Assembly: GCA_039812085.1 (NCBI GenBank)
Contig: JBDHZU010000001.1
Coordinates: 570-64,569 of the forward strand
Direction: 5' to 3'
DNA from: Candidatus Nanopelagicales bacterium
GTDB lineage: Bacteria > Actinomycetota > Actinomycetes > S36-B12 > UBA10799
DNA: 64,000 nucleotides
Every line of letters begins with the position of its first letter. Within the stretch, counting starts at the first letter, position 1. The notes beneath the pieces were generated by a model. It saw only the letters and a program-made list of their open reading frames with translations. It was not told where the DNA came from and made no database searches. Made by a program: the position numbers and the translations under genes. Shown here piece after piece: positions 18,616 through 27,884 of the stretch.

Positions 18616-20295
18616 TCAATTGGTCGTTCCTGCTCCCAACTTATCTCCGCAGGAACCCAGCAGTAACTCCCGCGACCGAGGTGGAACCACCACAGGCGCC
18701 TTTGCTCGCAACGCCGCGAGTTGTTCATCAGTCACTAAGTCGCGCCGCACGTAGTCCAGGTCTCGATAGATCGGGACGTAATCCTGAGAAAACTTCGGAT
18801 TCGAGGTAATTCCTCTTCCCCATGGACCATGCACGTTAATGAACTCTGGCCGGACCTTATTGAGCACATACCGACCCATGGCACCAAGTCGGCCATCCGA
18901 ACGTAGCGACGCGATCTTCGGATCGACTAATCCCGCGATGTCCACTGCCTGTTGTCTGCCGGCTAGTAAGACTCCACCCACATCGGCCAAAGCCAACGTG
19001 TTGGGCTGTGGCAGGCCAAGCTCTTGGGCATAAGCAGCAAATGACTGGCTATATCGAGCGTCAACCCAACATGCGCTCAACGTCGGCCCAGCGACGAATT
19101 TCGAACTGCTCGAAGCAAAATGCTGACCAGTCAGTACAGCCGCTGCCACGACCGCAGCAACACAGACAGCCAAGAGCGCTCGACTGGTGACTGTCGACAA
19201 CACCCGCACTGTTGACATTGCCACCAAGGAACAGCCGGCTACCCAGATGGGAGTGGCAAAACGCAACTGGTCCATCCAGTCCTTATTCAGGACGAAAAAT
19301 GCTGTACACGCTGCACCCAAGACAATCGCTGTCGGTCCAATCACGGTCAACCATTGGCGCCGGTCTACTGATCCGCTGACCTTGAGTACGACCGCAGTCA
19401 CCACCATGACGAGCGCGAACAAACACGCCGCCCAGCCGAGGTAGGAGGTGATGTCTCCAATGCGGCCCATCGTCCAGATACCCGAAAAATCCTGCCCCTT
19501 CGCGATCGCCGTGTTGGGAACAAGCTGCCGGAAAATAATCCATCGAACCGTCAGCACCACCGCAAATCCACACCCAGCCATCGCTGCGTAGCGCACGCTC
19601 GAGATGCACCGTTCGCGCAAAGAATGTCCAGTCGCCAGCAGCAACGCGCAACCGATGAAGACCGGAAGGTAGACCGCCCCATCTGGGCGCGTGCACACCA
19701 GGAGCAACACCACGACAGCGGCAACCAGTTCGGTACGGATGGTAAGGATCTGGTCGAATGCCACCGCACGGGTAAGTAAGGCAATGAGAACGGCAATGAG
19801 TAATCCGTAGAGACCATTCTCCAAACCAGACACTGCCCAAATGACGTAGCTGGGAATAGCAGCCAGCATGATCCCGGCCAGTGCGGCGGCAGCTACTGCG
19901 CTCGCTGCTGGCTGCCAGATGGATCGGGCTGTTATATACACCGCCCAGACAGTGCCGATGAAACACAGCACTGCCAACATTTTGGGGAACCACACATAGT
20001 CAGGAACGCCGAAAATCGTGGTCTGCGAATCAAATAAATGGGCAGCCTTCCCGACGATCAGTGCCGCCAACCATGTGGGGTTGGAGTACCCCTCCACAAC
20101 CGGTCCGCCTGGTTGGGCAACGAATCCGTTTCCCTGCACCAAATTGCGTGCGTAAGCGAAGGTGATGGCCGCATCGTCCACAATCCAGCGTGACAACCGG
20201 GAAGCCTGAACAAGAAAGATCCCGGTGGGGATGACCAGCATCGCGGCTACATACCACCGGGGAACTGCACGCTCATTGGCGAGCGACTGATTCAC
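18616..20295 (-). CDS. Polytopic GT-C-like membrane glycosyltransferase (paralogue A; candidate polyprenyl-phospho-sugar dependent)
   Basis: About 12 hydrophobic helices. An acidic DDA motif follows TM1 (SRWIVDDAAITFAYARN), and EGYSNPTW and TRPDG motifs are present. It is collinear with the 49855-51660 protein and divergent from the DPPR synthase gene. Confidence 0.6.
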   Translation of the reverse strand: MNQSLANERAVPRWYVAAMLVIPTGIFLVQASRLSRWIVDDAAITFAYARNLVQGNGFVAQPGGPVVEGYSNPTWLAALIVGKAAHLFDSQTTIFGVPDYVWFPKMLAVLCFIGTVWAVYITARSIWQPAASAVAAAALAGIMLAAIPSYVIWAVSGLENGLYGLLIAVLIALLTRAVAFDQILTIRTELVAAVVVLLLVCTRPDGAVYLPVFIGCALLLATGHSLRERCISSVRYAAMAGCGFAVVLTVRWIIFRQLVPNTAIAKGQDFSGIWTMGRIGDITSYLGWAACLFALVMVVTAVVLKVSGSVDRRQWLTVIGPTAIVLGAACTAFFVLNKDWMDQLRFATPIWVAGCSLVAMSTVRVLSTVTSRALLAVCVAAVVAAAVLTGQHFASSSSKFVAGPTLSACWVDARYSQSFAAYAQELGLPQPNTLALADVGGVLLAGRQQAVDIAGLVDPKIASLRSDGRLGAMGRYVLNKVRPEFINVHGPWGRGITSNPKFSQDYVPIYRDLDYVRRDLVTDEQLAALRAKAPVVVPPRSRELLLGSCGDKLGAGTTN

Positions 20296-20391
20296 CCAAC
20301 GATGCTAATGGCACTCAGTCGTATCACCGAGCAATTGGAGATCTTGTCGCTGGTCCGGTCTGACACCGATGATTTATGACACCTTTAGCTG
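20296..20391. promoter_or_regulatory. Divergent intergenic region (GT-C <-> DPPR synthase operon)
   Basis: 96 nt lie between divergent start codons. No motif was assigned. Confidence 0.35.
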
Positions 20392-21294
20392 GTGAACACC
20401 TCGATGCAGGTCGATGCACCGACTAGTACGGCCACGGCGCTCGCACGCCTCGTTCGACCTAAACAATGGGTCAAGAACGTTCTGGTTGTTGCAGCGCCGC
20501 TAGCTGCCGGTGTGTTACTTCAACCGGACGTCTTGGCACGAACGGTGATGGCGTTCGTTTGTTTCTGCCTGGCGGCATCAGCCACGTACCTCGTTAATGA
20601 CGTATTGGATCGAGAATCCGACCGGCAGCACCCGAAGAAGCGGGAAAGGCCTGTTGCTGCTGGACTCGTTAGTCCGCGAACTGCCACCACCCTGGCCATC
20701 GTGCTGGGGTTAGCCGCAATTGTTATCCCGCTGATCTTTCATGCCTATTCACTGACCTACGTCATCCTCGGCTACCTCGCGTTGCAGATCGCCTACGTCG
20801 GATGGCTCAAGCACGAACCTGTCCTCGACATCGCCTGTATCGCAGGCGGCTTCCTGCTGCGAGCTATTGCCGGCGGTGCCGCCGCTAGTGTGCCGCTATC
20901 GAATGCGTTCCTCATCGTGGTGGGTTTCGGTGCCTTGTTCATGGCTGTTGGCAAGCGGTACTCCGAACTGGAAACGCATGATCAGGCGACACACCAGACC
21001 CGCCGCGCACTCAACGGCTACACCCCCAGTTTCTTGCGCATGCTCTTGGCCGTGTCGGCATCAGTCACCTTGATCGGGTACGCGTTGTGGGCATTTGAAA
21101 TCGCCGGTAAATCACAGCTACCCATGGCCACCATGTCGGTTATCCCATTCACGCTCGCACTGCTTCGCTACGCGCGCGATATCGACGCAGCAGAGGCAGA
21201 GGCACCCGAAGACCTCGTTCTGGGCGATCGCACCCTGCTCGTCCTGGGGTTGATCTGGCTCGTCTTGTTTGCCAGCCAAGCGATGTACTCATGA
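20392..21294 (+). CDS. Decaprenyl-phosphate phosphoribosyltransferase (UbiA superfamily, Rv3806c-like)
   Basis: KQWVKNVLVVAAPLAAG...NDVLDRESDRQHPKKRERPVAAG is the UbiA-family Asp-rich motif in the DPPR-synthase context. It has about 8 TM helices and an ATGA overlap with dprE1. Confidence 0.85.
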   Translation: MNTSMQVDAPTSTATALARLVRPKQWVKNVLVVAAPLAAGVLLQPDVLARTVMAFVCFCLAASATYLVNDVLDRESDRQHPKKRERPVAAGLVSPRTATTLAIVLGLAAIVIPLIFHAYSLTYVILGYLALQIAYVGWLKHEPVLDIACIAGGFLLRAIAGGAAASVPLSNAFLIVVGFGALFMAVGKRYSELETHDQATHQTRRALNGYTPSFLRMLLAVSASVTLIGYALWAFEIAGKSQLPMATMSVIPFTLALLRYARDIDAAEAEAPEDLVLGDRTLLVLGLIWLVLFASQAMYS

Positions 21295-22631
21295 GCCCTC
21301 GAACAGTCATCAGCGGGTGGGGCCGGGCGATGCCCGCCGCTTGCGCGGTAGAAACCCCAGAAAGCCTCGATGCGGTTCGAGACCTGTCCAACCAGTCGGG
21401 CGAACTCATTGCTCGTGGACTGGGACGTTCTTACGGAGATGCTGCCCAGCTATCGGGATCCACTGTCATCGATATGACCCGGCTCAACCGAATCCTGGAC
21501 TTCAACGAACAAACTGGTGTCGTTGACGTAGAAGCCGGAGTCAGCATCGACCACCTCATCCGCACATGCGCAGGACGTGGCTGGTTTGTTCATGTCACTC
21601 CTGGCACTCGCTACGTGACGGTGGGCGGAGCGATTGCTTCAGACGTGCATGGCAAGAGCCATCACGTTGACGGCAGTTTTGGTGCCCACGTCATTGACCT
21701 CACCTTGCTCACCGCCGACGGCAGCGTGCGAACCGTCTCTGCCACGTCCGATGCAGACATTTTCAACGCCACCGTGGGCGGGATGGGCCTCACCGGAATC
21801 GTGCTGTCCGCTCGGCTAGCACTACGACCGATCGAGACCACCCAGATGCTCAGCACCACTGAACGATCCGCTGAACTCGACACCTTGATGGCCAGGATGA
21901 CCGAGCTGGACCAAACCAGCCGCTACACCGTGGCCTGGATCGACACCGTGGCTAAGGGCAAGAAGTTCGGCCGTGGACTCATCACGTTTGGCGACCACGC
22001 CACCGTCGGCGATCTACCCGTGGGCGCAGACCCGCAGGAACTACACCTGCCGCATGTGGCAAGCGTGCCACTCGATCTGCCCACCCGAACCCTCAACCGG
22101 GCAAGCGTGCGCGCCTTCAACACCGTGTGGTTCAACAAGGCACCCAAGACGGCTCGCCCGGCTTTGACTAACTTCGCGGACTTCTTCCACCCACTCGACA
22201 TGCTGGGAGATTGGAACCGAATCTACGGTCGAACCGGCTTCTTGCAGTACCAGTTCGTCGTCCCTGATTCGGCCAGCCAACTCATCGCCACCGGAATCGA
22301 GGCCATCAATAACACCGGCGCACCCGCCTTCTTGTCCGTGCTGAAACGGTTCGGGCCACAAGGCTCCGGATTTCTCAGCTTCCCTTCCCCTGGCTGGACC
22401 TTGGCCTTGGACATTCCCGCCCGGCTGTCCCAACTCGGACCAGTACTAGATGACCTTGACGAACAGATTGCCGCTGCCGGTGGTCGGGTCTACCTCAGCA
22501 AGGACTCCCGACTTCGCCCAGAAGTACTGGCGTCGATGTATCCCCGACTCGACCAATTCCGACAGGTGCGGGCCCAACTCGACCCGAATCAAAAGTTTCG
22601 CAGTGACCTGTCAAACCGCATCGGGATCTGA
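21291..22631 (+). CDS. dprE1: Decaprenylphosphoryl-beta-D-ribose 2'-oxidase (FAD-dependent)
   Basis: Collinear with my recollection of M. tuberculosis DprE1: SGWGR, ARGLGRSYGD, VTVGGAIA-D-HGK-HH, GFLQYQFV-P, LSFP-PGW, YL-KDSR. Confidence 0.88.
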   Translation: MSPRTVISGWGRAMPAACAVETPESLDAVRDLSNQSGELIARGLGRSYGDAAQLSGSTVIDMTRLNRILDFNEQTGVVDVEAGVSIDHLIRTCAGRGWFVHVTPGTRYVTVGGAIASDVHGKSHHVDGSFGAHVIDLTLLTADGSVRTVSATSDADIFNATVGGMGLTGIVLSARLALRPIETTQMLSTTERSAELDTLMARMTELDQTSRYTVAWIDTVAKGKKFGRGLITFGDHATVGDLPVGADPQELHLPHVASVPLDLPTRTLNRASVRAFNTVWFNKAPKTARPALTNFADFFHPLDMLGDWNRIYGRTGFLQYQFVVPDSASQLIATGIEAINNTGAPAFLSVLKRFGPQGSGFLSFPSPGWTLALDIPARLSQLGPVLDDLDEQIAAAGGRVYLSKDSRLRPEVLASMYPRLDQFRQVRAQLDPNQKFRSDLSNRIGI

Positions 22632-22657
22632 CAGGCTGTGCCGATTACTCCAATCGG

Positions 22658-23320
22658 GTGACACTGGGAAGAACCAACGCCATCGGCGGTGGAGTTTTCC
22701 GTCCACCTATGCGGGGTATCCCTCAAGTACGAAGCACCTCGAAGACCAGAGAAAGAAGCCCGGCCGTGTCTGCTGACTCGTACGCCACCGAAATCGCCCC
22801 CGTTCGTGGGCGCGTGTCCACCCAAATCGCCGTTCTGCGCGTGTGGGCCGAGAACATCTACCGCGAAGCGGCCAAATTCGGCGTCATTGGCATCATTGCC
22901 ATGTTCATCGATCTGGGCATCTTCAACCTGTTGATCCTGACCTCATTCGGGCATCGCCCCTTGACCGCAAAGGTCATCTCAGTGGCAGTCGCCACAACCT
23001 TCGCTTACTTCGGCAACCGCTACTGGACCTTCCGCGATAGCGAACGCACCTCGGTCGCCCGCGAATACATCCTGTTCTTCGTCCTTAACGGCGTCGGCAT
23101 GATGATCTCGCTGTCAGTGCTGTGGTTCAGCCACTACGCACTGGGCCTGACCGGTTGGCTGGCCGACAACATCTCCGCCAACATTATTGGCCTGGCACTC
23201 GGCACGATCTTCCGCTTCTGGAGCTACCGCAAGTGGGTATTCCTGAAGGCATCTGAGCCAGTCGAACTGTCCGCTGAAGAACCAGTGGCTATCGATCAGG
23301 TCGCCGTCAGCGCCGCCTGA
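22658..23320 (+). CDS. GtrA-family membrane protein (Rv3789-like)
   Basis: KFGVIGIIAMFIDLGIFNLL...YWTFRD with four TM helices. The true start may be GTG 22814 or GTG 22841, because the first ~50 codons look non-GtrA. Confidence 0.75.
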   Translation: MTLGRTNAIGGGVFRPPMRGIPQVRSTSKTRERSPAVSADSYATEIAPVRGRVSTQIAVLRVWAENIYREAAKFGVIGIIAMFIDLGIFNLLILTSFGHRPLTAKVISVAVATTFAYFGNRYWTFRDSERTSVAREYILFFVLNGVGMMISLSVLWFSHYALGLTGWLADNISANIIGLALGTIFRFWSYRKWVFLKASEPVELSAEEPVAIDQVAVSAA

Positions 23321-23340
23321 CTCAAACCAGGTCAAAGCAC

Positions 23341-23367
23341 AAGCAGAGGCAACTATTTGCTCTGCTT
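23341..23367. terminator. Hairpin between convergent gtrA-like and cyclase genes (candidate bidirectional terminator)
   Basis: AAGCAGAG (23341-23348), an 11-nt loop, then CTCTGCTT (23360-23367). It is followed on the + strand by a T/C-rich run and overlaps the cyclase stop codon (23353-23355). Confidence 0.4.
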
Positions 23368-24444
23368 GTCTTCTTTGTCCTTGCCCTTGTCTTTCTTGTC
23401 TTTGTCTTTCTTCTTTTCTTTGTCGGAGTCTTTCTCGACCTTGGCGTGAGAGAGCGTCCAAGACCGCATCAGCCCGAAACCACGGATAGGTCGCGGACGA
23501 ACGGACTTCACCTCGAAGGCTTCGTCCGATTCCAACGCCTCAGCCGTTTCCCCATCGCACAGCAACGAATTGGGTTTCGCGATGGCAGTCAACCGACTCG
23601 CTCGGTTCACCGTCGTCCCGAAAACGTCTCCCATACGGGTAACCACCGAACCCGTGGCCAGACCGATCCGCAATTGAGGCAGGTCCTCTTTCTGCTCGCT
23701 CATTGCCAGCAACGCCAAGGCGGTTTCTGCCAGATCATGTGCACTCTCGTTGACGAACAGAACTTCGTCTCCAATGGTCTTGATCAGTCGAGAACCATTA
23801 GCGGTCACAACGTCGGTGGCACTAGCCTCGAAATCCACGACAAGCTGTGCCAAATCGGCATCGTCAATCTCGCGTGATAGCCGAGTAAAGCCCACCAAAT
23901 CAGCAAATCCCACACTCATGACATCGGTTGGTTCGTCGTTGACTTCCATCAACGCGATCGCGCGCTCAACGGTGGCTACCGACTGACGTCGCCAGGTGTA
24001 AACCAGCAGACGATGGAACGCCGGTTGAATCTTCATCGATTCTTGGATCAGCGGCCCAAGCTCACCCGGGACGAGCATGCCGTTTTCCGGCAGCACGCCA
24101 CGCTCGGCAAATACTCGTCCCATGATGTTGTTGACCCACTCGGCCATACGAGCGGTTCCCTGGCCAAATGAACGCGACACTTCGATTGCTTGATCCGGGG
24201 TGAGATGCCCGCGATCAATCAAACGCGAAACATCTTTGAGCGCCGCCACATCTTTGGTGGTGAAGTATGGCTCATTTCCGGGGTGAGGAAACCCAAGTGC
24301 TCGCCACAGCGTCAATGTCCATTCCGGATCAAGCCCTGCTAACCGAGCCGCCTGCTCCCCGGTAAATTCGATCGGGGCACCCAGTAGATCGTTGATGAAG
24401 TCTTGTGGTGACGGTTCTTTGCCTTTTGCGCCTTTTGCCACCAT
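23353..24444 (-). CDS. Class III adenylate/guanylate cyclase with N-terminal regulatory domain and Lys/Asp-rich C-terminal tail
   Basis: VGFADLVGFTRLS, IKTIGDEVLF and GTTVNRASRL are class III motifs. Start taken at ATG 24444, which overlaps the upstream stop by 1 nt (TGATG). The ORF is open to 24516. Confidence 0.85.
   Translation of the reverse strand: MVAKGAKGKEPSPQDFINDLLGAPIEFTGEQAARLAGLDPEWTLTLWRALGFPHPGNEPYFTTKDVAALKDVSRLIDRGHLTPDQAIEVSRSFGQGTARMAEWVNNIMGRVFAERGVLPENGMLVPGELGPLIQESMKIQPAFHRLLVYTWRRQSVATVERAIALMEVNDEPTDVMSVGFADLVGFTRLSREIDDADLAQLVVDFEASATDVVTANGSRLIKTIGDEVLFVNESAHDLAETALALLAMSEQKEDLPQLRIGLATGSVVTRMGDVFGTTVNRASRLTAIAKPNSLLCDGETAEALESDEAFEVKSVRPRPIRGFGLMRSWTLSHAKVEKDSDKEKKKDKDKKDKGKDKEDKQSK
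23356..23426. repeat. Low-complexity tract, adenine-free on the + strand (encodes the K/D/E-rich cyclase tail)
   Basis: I see no A on the + strand between 23356 and 23426. Imperfect CTTGTCTTT/GTCTTTCTT repeats are present. Confidence 0.6.
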
Positions 24445-25106
24445 CACGAAGCCGCAGGAAAATCGGTGGATAGCGGCTGGCTTTGCGGCTGCTGATTCGT
24501 CCATTGACGTTGCCAAGCTTCGGTCCGCAACTCAGAAATCTCTCGGGAGACCCGAGACACCCTGGATACGCCGCGCGCCCGTGCGGGTAGCGCGGCGAAG
24601 TCGGTGTGCACGATCAGGGTTCCGTAGCCCCCAATTCGTTGAAACAGCGATTGATCGACGGTCACATCACGGATGCGCACAAGCGGAATAATCCATTGAT
24701 CTCGTTTCCGCGCAGATCGCAGTTCCAGCCGGTCTGTCCGAATGGTCAGAGCCGATCGCGACCACGCCCAAAACGGCTTAACCACCGCGGCGTAACAAAC
24801 AATCGCGAATGCACTCCACACCGCGATATGGGCAAGCACAGAAGGGGCCGACCCATTGGTTAACCACACCTCAGCGGTAGAGGCAGCAAATACGGCAATG
24901 GCAACGATTGCCATCAGTCGTAAAGCAATCGGGATCAGAGCCTGACCACACGGCCGAATATCGGCAACCAGGGTGGGATCACGAGGGTCACATCCAGGCG
25001 TCGCTGGCTCCTCAGCGGGCTCAGCCGCTGGGAGCGCCTTGGTCGCTTGCCCGGTATCCACTAAGCAATCGTGGCATGCGGCATTTGAACGGTGCCAACT
25101 GAGCAA
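24444..25106 (-). CDS. Membrane protein with bacterial PH (bPH_2/YdbS-like) domain
   Basis: Two TM helices followed by DQWIIPLVRIRDVTVDQSLFQRIGGYGTLIVHT. The start is uncertain, as the N-terminal ~50 aa may not be translated. Confidence 0.65.
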   Translation of the reverse strand: MLSWHRSNAACHDCLVDTGQATKALPAAEPAEEPATPGCDPRDPTLVADIRPCGQALIPIALRLMAIVAIAVFAASTAEVWLTNGSAPSVLAHIAVWSAFAIVCYAAVVKPFWAWSRSALTIRTDRLELRSARKRDQWIIPLVRIRDVTVDQSLFQRIGGYGTLIVHTDFAALPARARGVSRVSRVSREISELRTEAWQRQWTNQQPQSQPLSTDFPAAS

Positions 25107-25115
25107 CGAGACAGC

Positions 25116-25934
25116 TCAGGCTGGACGCAGCGTCACCACATCTCCACTCGTGATCGTCAGCAATCCACCCACCGTCTCCACGAGCAGATGACCGTCATCG
25201 TCGATGTCGTCTGCCAGCCCCACGATGTCTTCTCCATCTGGGCGAACAATGCGCACCCGCTGCCCGATGGTCGAACACAACTCGCGGTATTCGGCTGCGA
25301 TTTCGGCAGGGTTCTTCGCGCATCGATCAATCACGTTGGCTATGACACTGGCAAGGACCGCAGCGGCAGATACCTCATCAGCCAGCTCAGGGCGTTCCAA
25401 CAACAGCGACGTTGCATGCTCCACTGGTCGTTCGGTGGCCGAATTGCTCAGATTCAGCCCGATTCCTGCCACCGGAACTCCCGCCCGTCGTTCCAGCAGA
25501 ATCCCGGCCAGTTTTCGGAACCCCATCGTTGATTCCGGGGCATCGATGACCACGTCGTTCGGCCATTTGACTGTGGCGGTAACCGACAATTCACGACACG
25601 TTGCTGCCACAGCCAGTCCGATGGTCAACGGCGCGAGTGACAACTGTTCCGGTGTTTTCACCTGGGAGGGATCAAGCACAACTGACATCAGCAATCCACG
25701 GCCGGGTGGCGATGTCCAGTCCCGGTCGAGCCGTCCTCGGCCATCAGTCTGTTCAATCGCGACCACTGTCGTCCACGGGATGACATGGGCGTCTGCCAAG
25801 TCCAATGCAACTCGATTAGTGGAATCGACCTGCTGGTGAAGCTGAACCAACCGAGCATCTAACCCGCGGCGATTCATCTCGTAAGCAATGTCATTACTTG
25901 TTAACGCACGACGTAACGCGACCACCGGCTGCAC
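25116..25934 (-). CDS. birA: Biotin--[acetyl-CoA-carboxylase] ligase (group I, no HTH)
   Basis: The [17 protein letters not shown] motif and KWPNDV are present. The gene is divergent from the carboxyltransferase gene, as in mycobacteria. Confidence 0.88.
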   Translation of the reverse strand: MQPVVALRRALTSNDIAYEMNRRGLDARLVQLHQQVDSTNRVALDLADAHVIPWTTVVAIEQTDGRGRLDRDWTSPPGRGLLMSVVLDPSQVKTPEQLSLAPLTIGLAVAATCRELSVTATVKWPNDVVIDAPESTMGFRKLAGILLERRAGVPVAGIGLNLSNSATERPVEHATSLLLERPELADEVSAAAVLASVIANVIDRCAKNPAEIAAEYRELCSTIGQRVRIVRPDGEDIVGLADDIDDDGHLLVETVGGLLTITSGDVVTLRPA

Positions 25935-26049
25935 CCTGCGAAGTTACCGCGCGCGTCTGGGCACGGGTTGCTCAATAGCCCGACAACCCACGTTGTTACC
26001 GTTTGGACCACCTGTCACCGCCTATTCGTCACCGACTCCAGGAGCATTC

Positions 26050-27657
26050 GTGAGCGCAGATCCACAGGACCTTGTCGATGAGTCTGATGCCCTGGACTTG
26101 ACAACCACCGCCGGTCGAATTGCCGAGTTGGCTCGCCGTCAGGCGGCGGCAGAACACGCTGCTAGCGACAAGGCCGTCGAAAAACAGCACGCACGTGGCA
26201 AGAAGACCGCCCGTGAACGCATCGAAATGCTGCTGGATGAAGACAGCTTCGTTGAACTCGACGCCTTGAGCCGACACCGTTCACACGCCTTTGGCTTGGA
26301 AAAGAAGCGTCCATACGGCGATGGTGTCGTCACGGGTTACGGAACCATCGACGGTCGTCCCGTCTGTGTCTTTGCCCAAGACTTCACTGTCTTCGGCGGA
26401 TCCCTCGGCGAAGTGTTCGGCGAGAAAATCGTCAAGGTGATGGACCTGGCGATGAAGACTGGTGTTCCCGTCATCGGCATCAACGACTCCGGCGGTGCTC
26501 GTATTCAAGAAGGTGTCGTCTCGCTGGCAAAGTACGGCGACATCTTCTTGCGCAACGTGCATGCCTCGGGCGTCATCCCGCAGATTTCACTGATCATGGG
26601 ACCGTGCGCTGGTGGCGCGGTCTATTCCCCAGCAATCACAGACTTCATCGTGATGGTGGATCAGACCTCACACATGTTCATCACCGGACCAGACGTCATC
26701 AAGACAGTCACCGGAGAAGACGTTGAGTTCGAAGAACTCGGCGGTGCCCGCACCCACAACTCAAAGTCCGGTGTCGCGCACTACATGGGTACCGACGAAG
26801 AAGACGCTTTGGAATACGTCAAAGCGGTGCTGAGCTTCCTGCCCAGTAACAACACCCAAATGCCACCAGCAGACCCGTTCGATGCCGACTTGTCCATCAC
26901 GGACGAGGATCGAGAGCTCGACACCTTCATCCCAGACTCCGAGAACCAGCCCTATGACATGCACACCGTGCTTGAGCATGTGCTGGACGATGCGGACTTT
27001 TTGGAAGTACAACCACTATTCGCCCCCAACCTCATCACTGGTTTCGGTCGGGTAGAAGGCCACCCCGTCGGCATCGTGGCCAACCAACCGATGCAGTTCG
27101 CCGGCACCTTGGATATCGACGCTTCCGAGAAAGCATCTCGCTTTGTCCGTACCTGCGATGCCTTCAATGTTCCGGTACTCACCTTTGTCGACGTGCCCGG
27201 CTTCCTGCCCGGTACCGATCAGGAATGGAACGGCATCATTCGCCGCGGCGCGAAGCTGATCTACGCCTACTGTGAGGCGACCGTCCCCAAGGTGACCGTC
27301 ATTACCCGCAAGGCATACGGCGGCGCTTACGACGTGATGGGCTCCAAGCACCTGGGCGGCGATTTGTCGCTGGCATGGCCGACCGCGCAGATTGCTGTCA
27401 TGGGCGCCTCTGGCGCGCTGAACATCCTGTACCGCAAGGAACTCAAAGAAGCACAGGATCCGGAAGCTGAGCGCGCTCGCTTGACGACGGAATACAACGA
27501 GACGCTGGCGAACCCGTACTTGGCCGCAGAACGTGGCTACGTGGATCGCGTGATCATGCCGCATGAGACTCGCACTCAAGTGATCAAGGCCCTGCGAGCG
27601 CTTCGCACCAAGCGTGAAGTCCTCCCGCCGAAGAAGCACGGGAACATTCCGCTATGA
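26050..27657 (+). CDS. accD5: Acyl-CoA (propionyl/acetyl-CoA) carboxylase beta subunit, carboxyltransferase
   Basis: [25 protein letters not shown]...GGSLGE...[12 protein letters not shown]. Start set at GTG 26050, which follows CCAGGAG. The ORF extension back to 25888 overlaps birA. Confidence 0.9.
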   Translation: MSADPQDLVDESDALDLTTTAGRIAELARRQAAAEHAASDKAVEKQHARGKKTARERIEMLLDEDSFVELDALSRHRSHAFGLEKKRPYGDGVVTGYGTIDGRPVCVFAQDFTVFGGSLGEVFGEKIVKVMDLAMKTGVPVIGINDSGGARIQEGVVSLAKYGDIFLRNVHASGVIPQISLIMGPCAGGAVYSPAITDFIVMVDQTSHMFITGPDVIKTVTGEDVEFEELGGARTHNSKSGVAHYMGTDEEDALEYVKAVLSFLPSNNTQMPPADPFDADLSITDEDRELDTFIPDSENQPYDMHTVLEHVLDDADFLEVQPLFAPNLITGFGRVEGHPVGIVANQPMQFAGTLDIDASEKASRFVRTCDAFNVPVLTFVDVPGFLPGTDQEWNGIIRRGAKLIYAYCEATVPKVTVITRKAYGGAYDVMGSKHLGGDLSLAWPTAQIAVMGASGALNILYRKELKEAQDPEAERARLTTEYNETLANPYLAAERGYVDRVIMPHETRTQVIKALRALRTKREVLPPKKHGNIPL

Positions 27658-27884
27658 CCGACGCTGACGAAAGTGCCCCCGAGGCGCAACGTCCACGGTT
27701 GCGGGTCATCAGCGGCAACCCCACCCCGGAAGAACTCGCTGCTCTCGTTGCCGTCGTCGCCGCTGCCAGTAGCGATGAAGAACCACCAGCGGAACCGGTC
27801 AACCCGTGGTCGGCACCATCCGGTATGCACCGGCAACCATTGCCCGCACCGAGCCCTTACGCTTGGTCTCACCCGCTGGGCTGA
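27654..27884 (+). CDS. accE: Acyl-CoA carboxylase epsilon subunit
   Basis: A 76-aa protein with [25 protein letters not shown]. Its start overlaps the accD5 stop (ATGA). Confidence 0.8.
   Translation: MTDADESAPEAQRPRLRVISGNPTPEELAALVAVVAAASSDEEPPAEPVNPWSAPSGMHRQPLPAPSPYAWSHPLG

Noticed and set aside
25888-26049. The N-terminal extension of the carboxyltransferase ORF. Similar extensions exist at 38959-39102 for accA3-like, 15271-15339 for purE, 4577-4714 for the M23 peptidase and 37135-37197 for ATP-grasp 2.
   Set aside because: The extensions overlap divergent or upstream genes and encode atypical residues. They also precede better-placed internal starts with Shine-Dalgarno-like sequences or canonical N-termini, for example [15 protein letters not shown].
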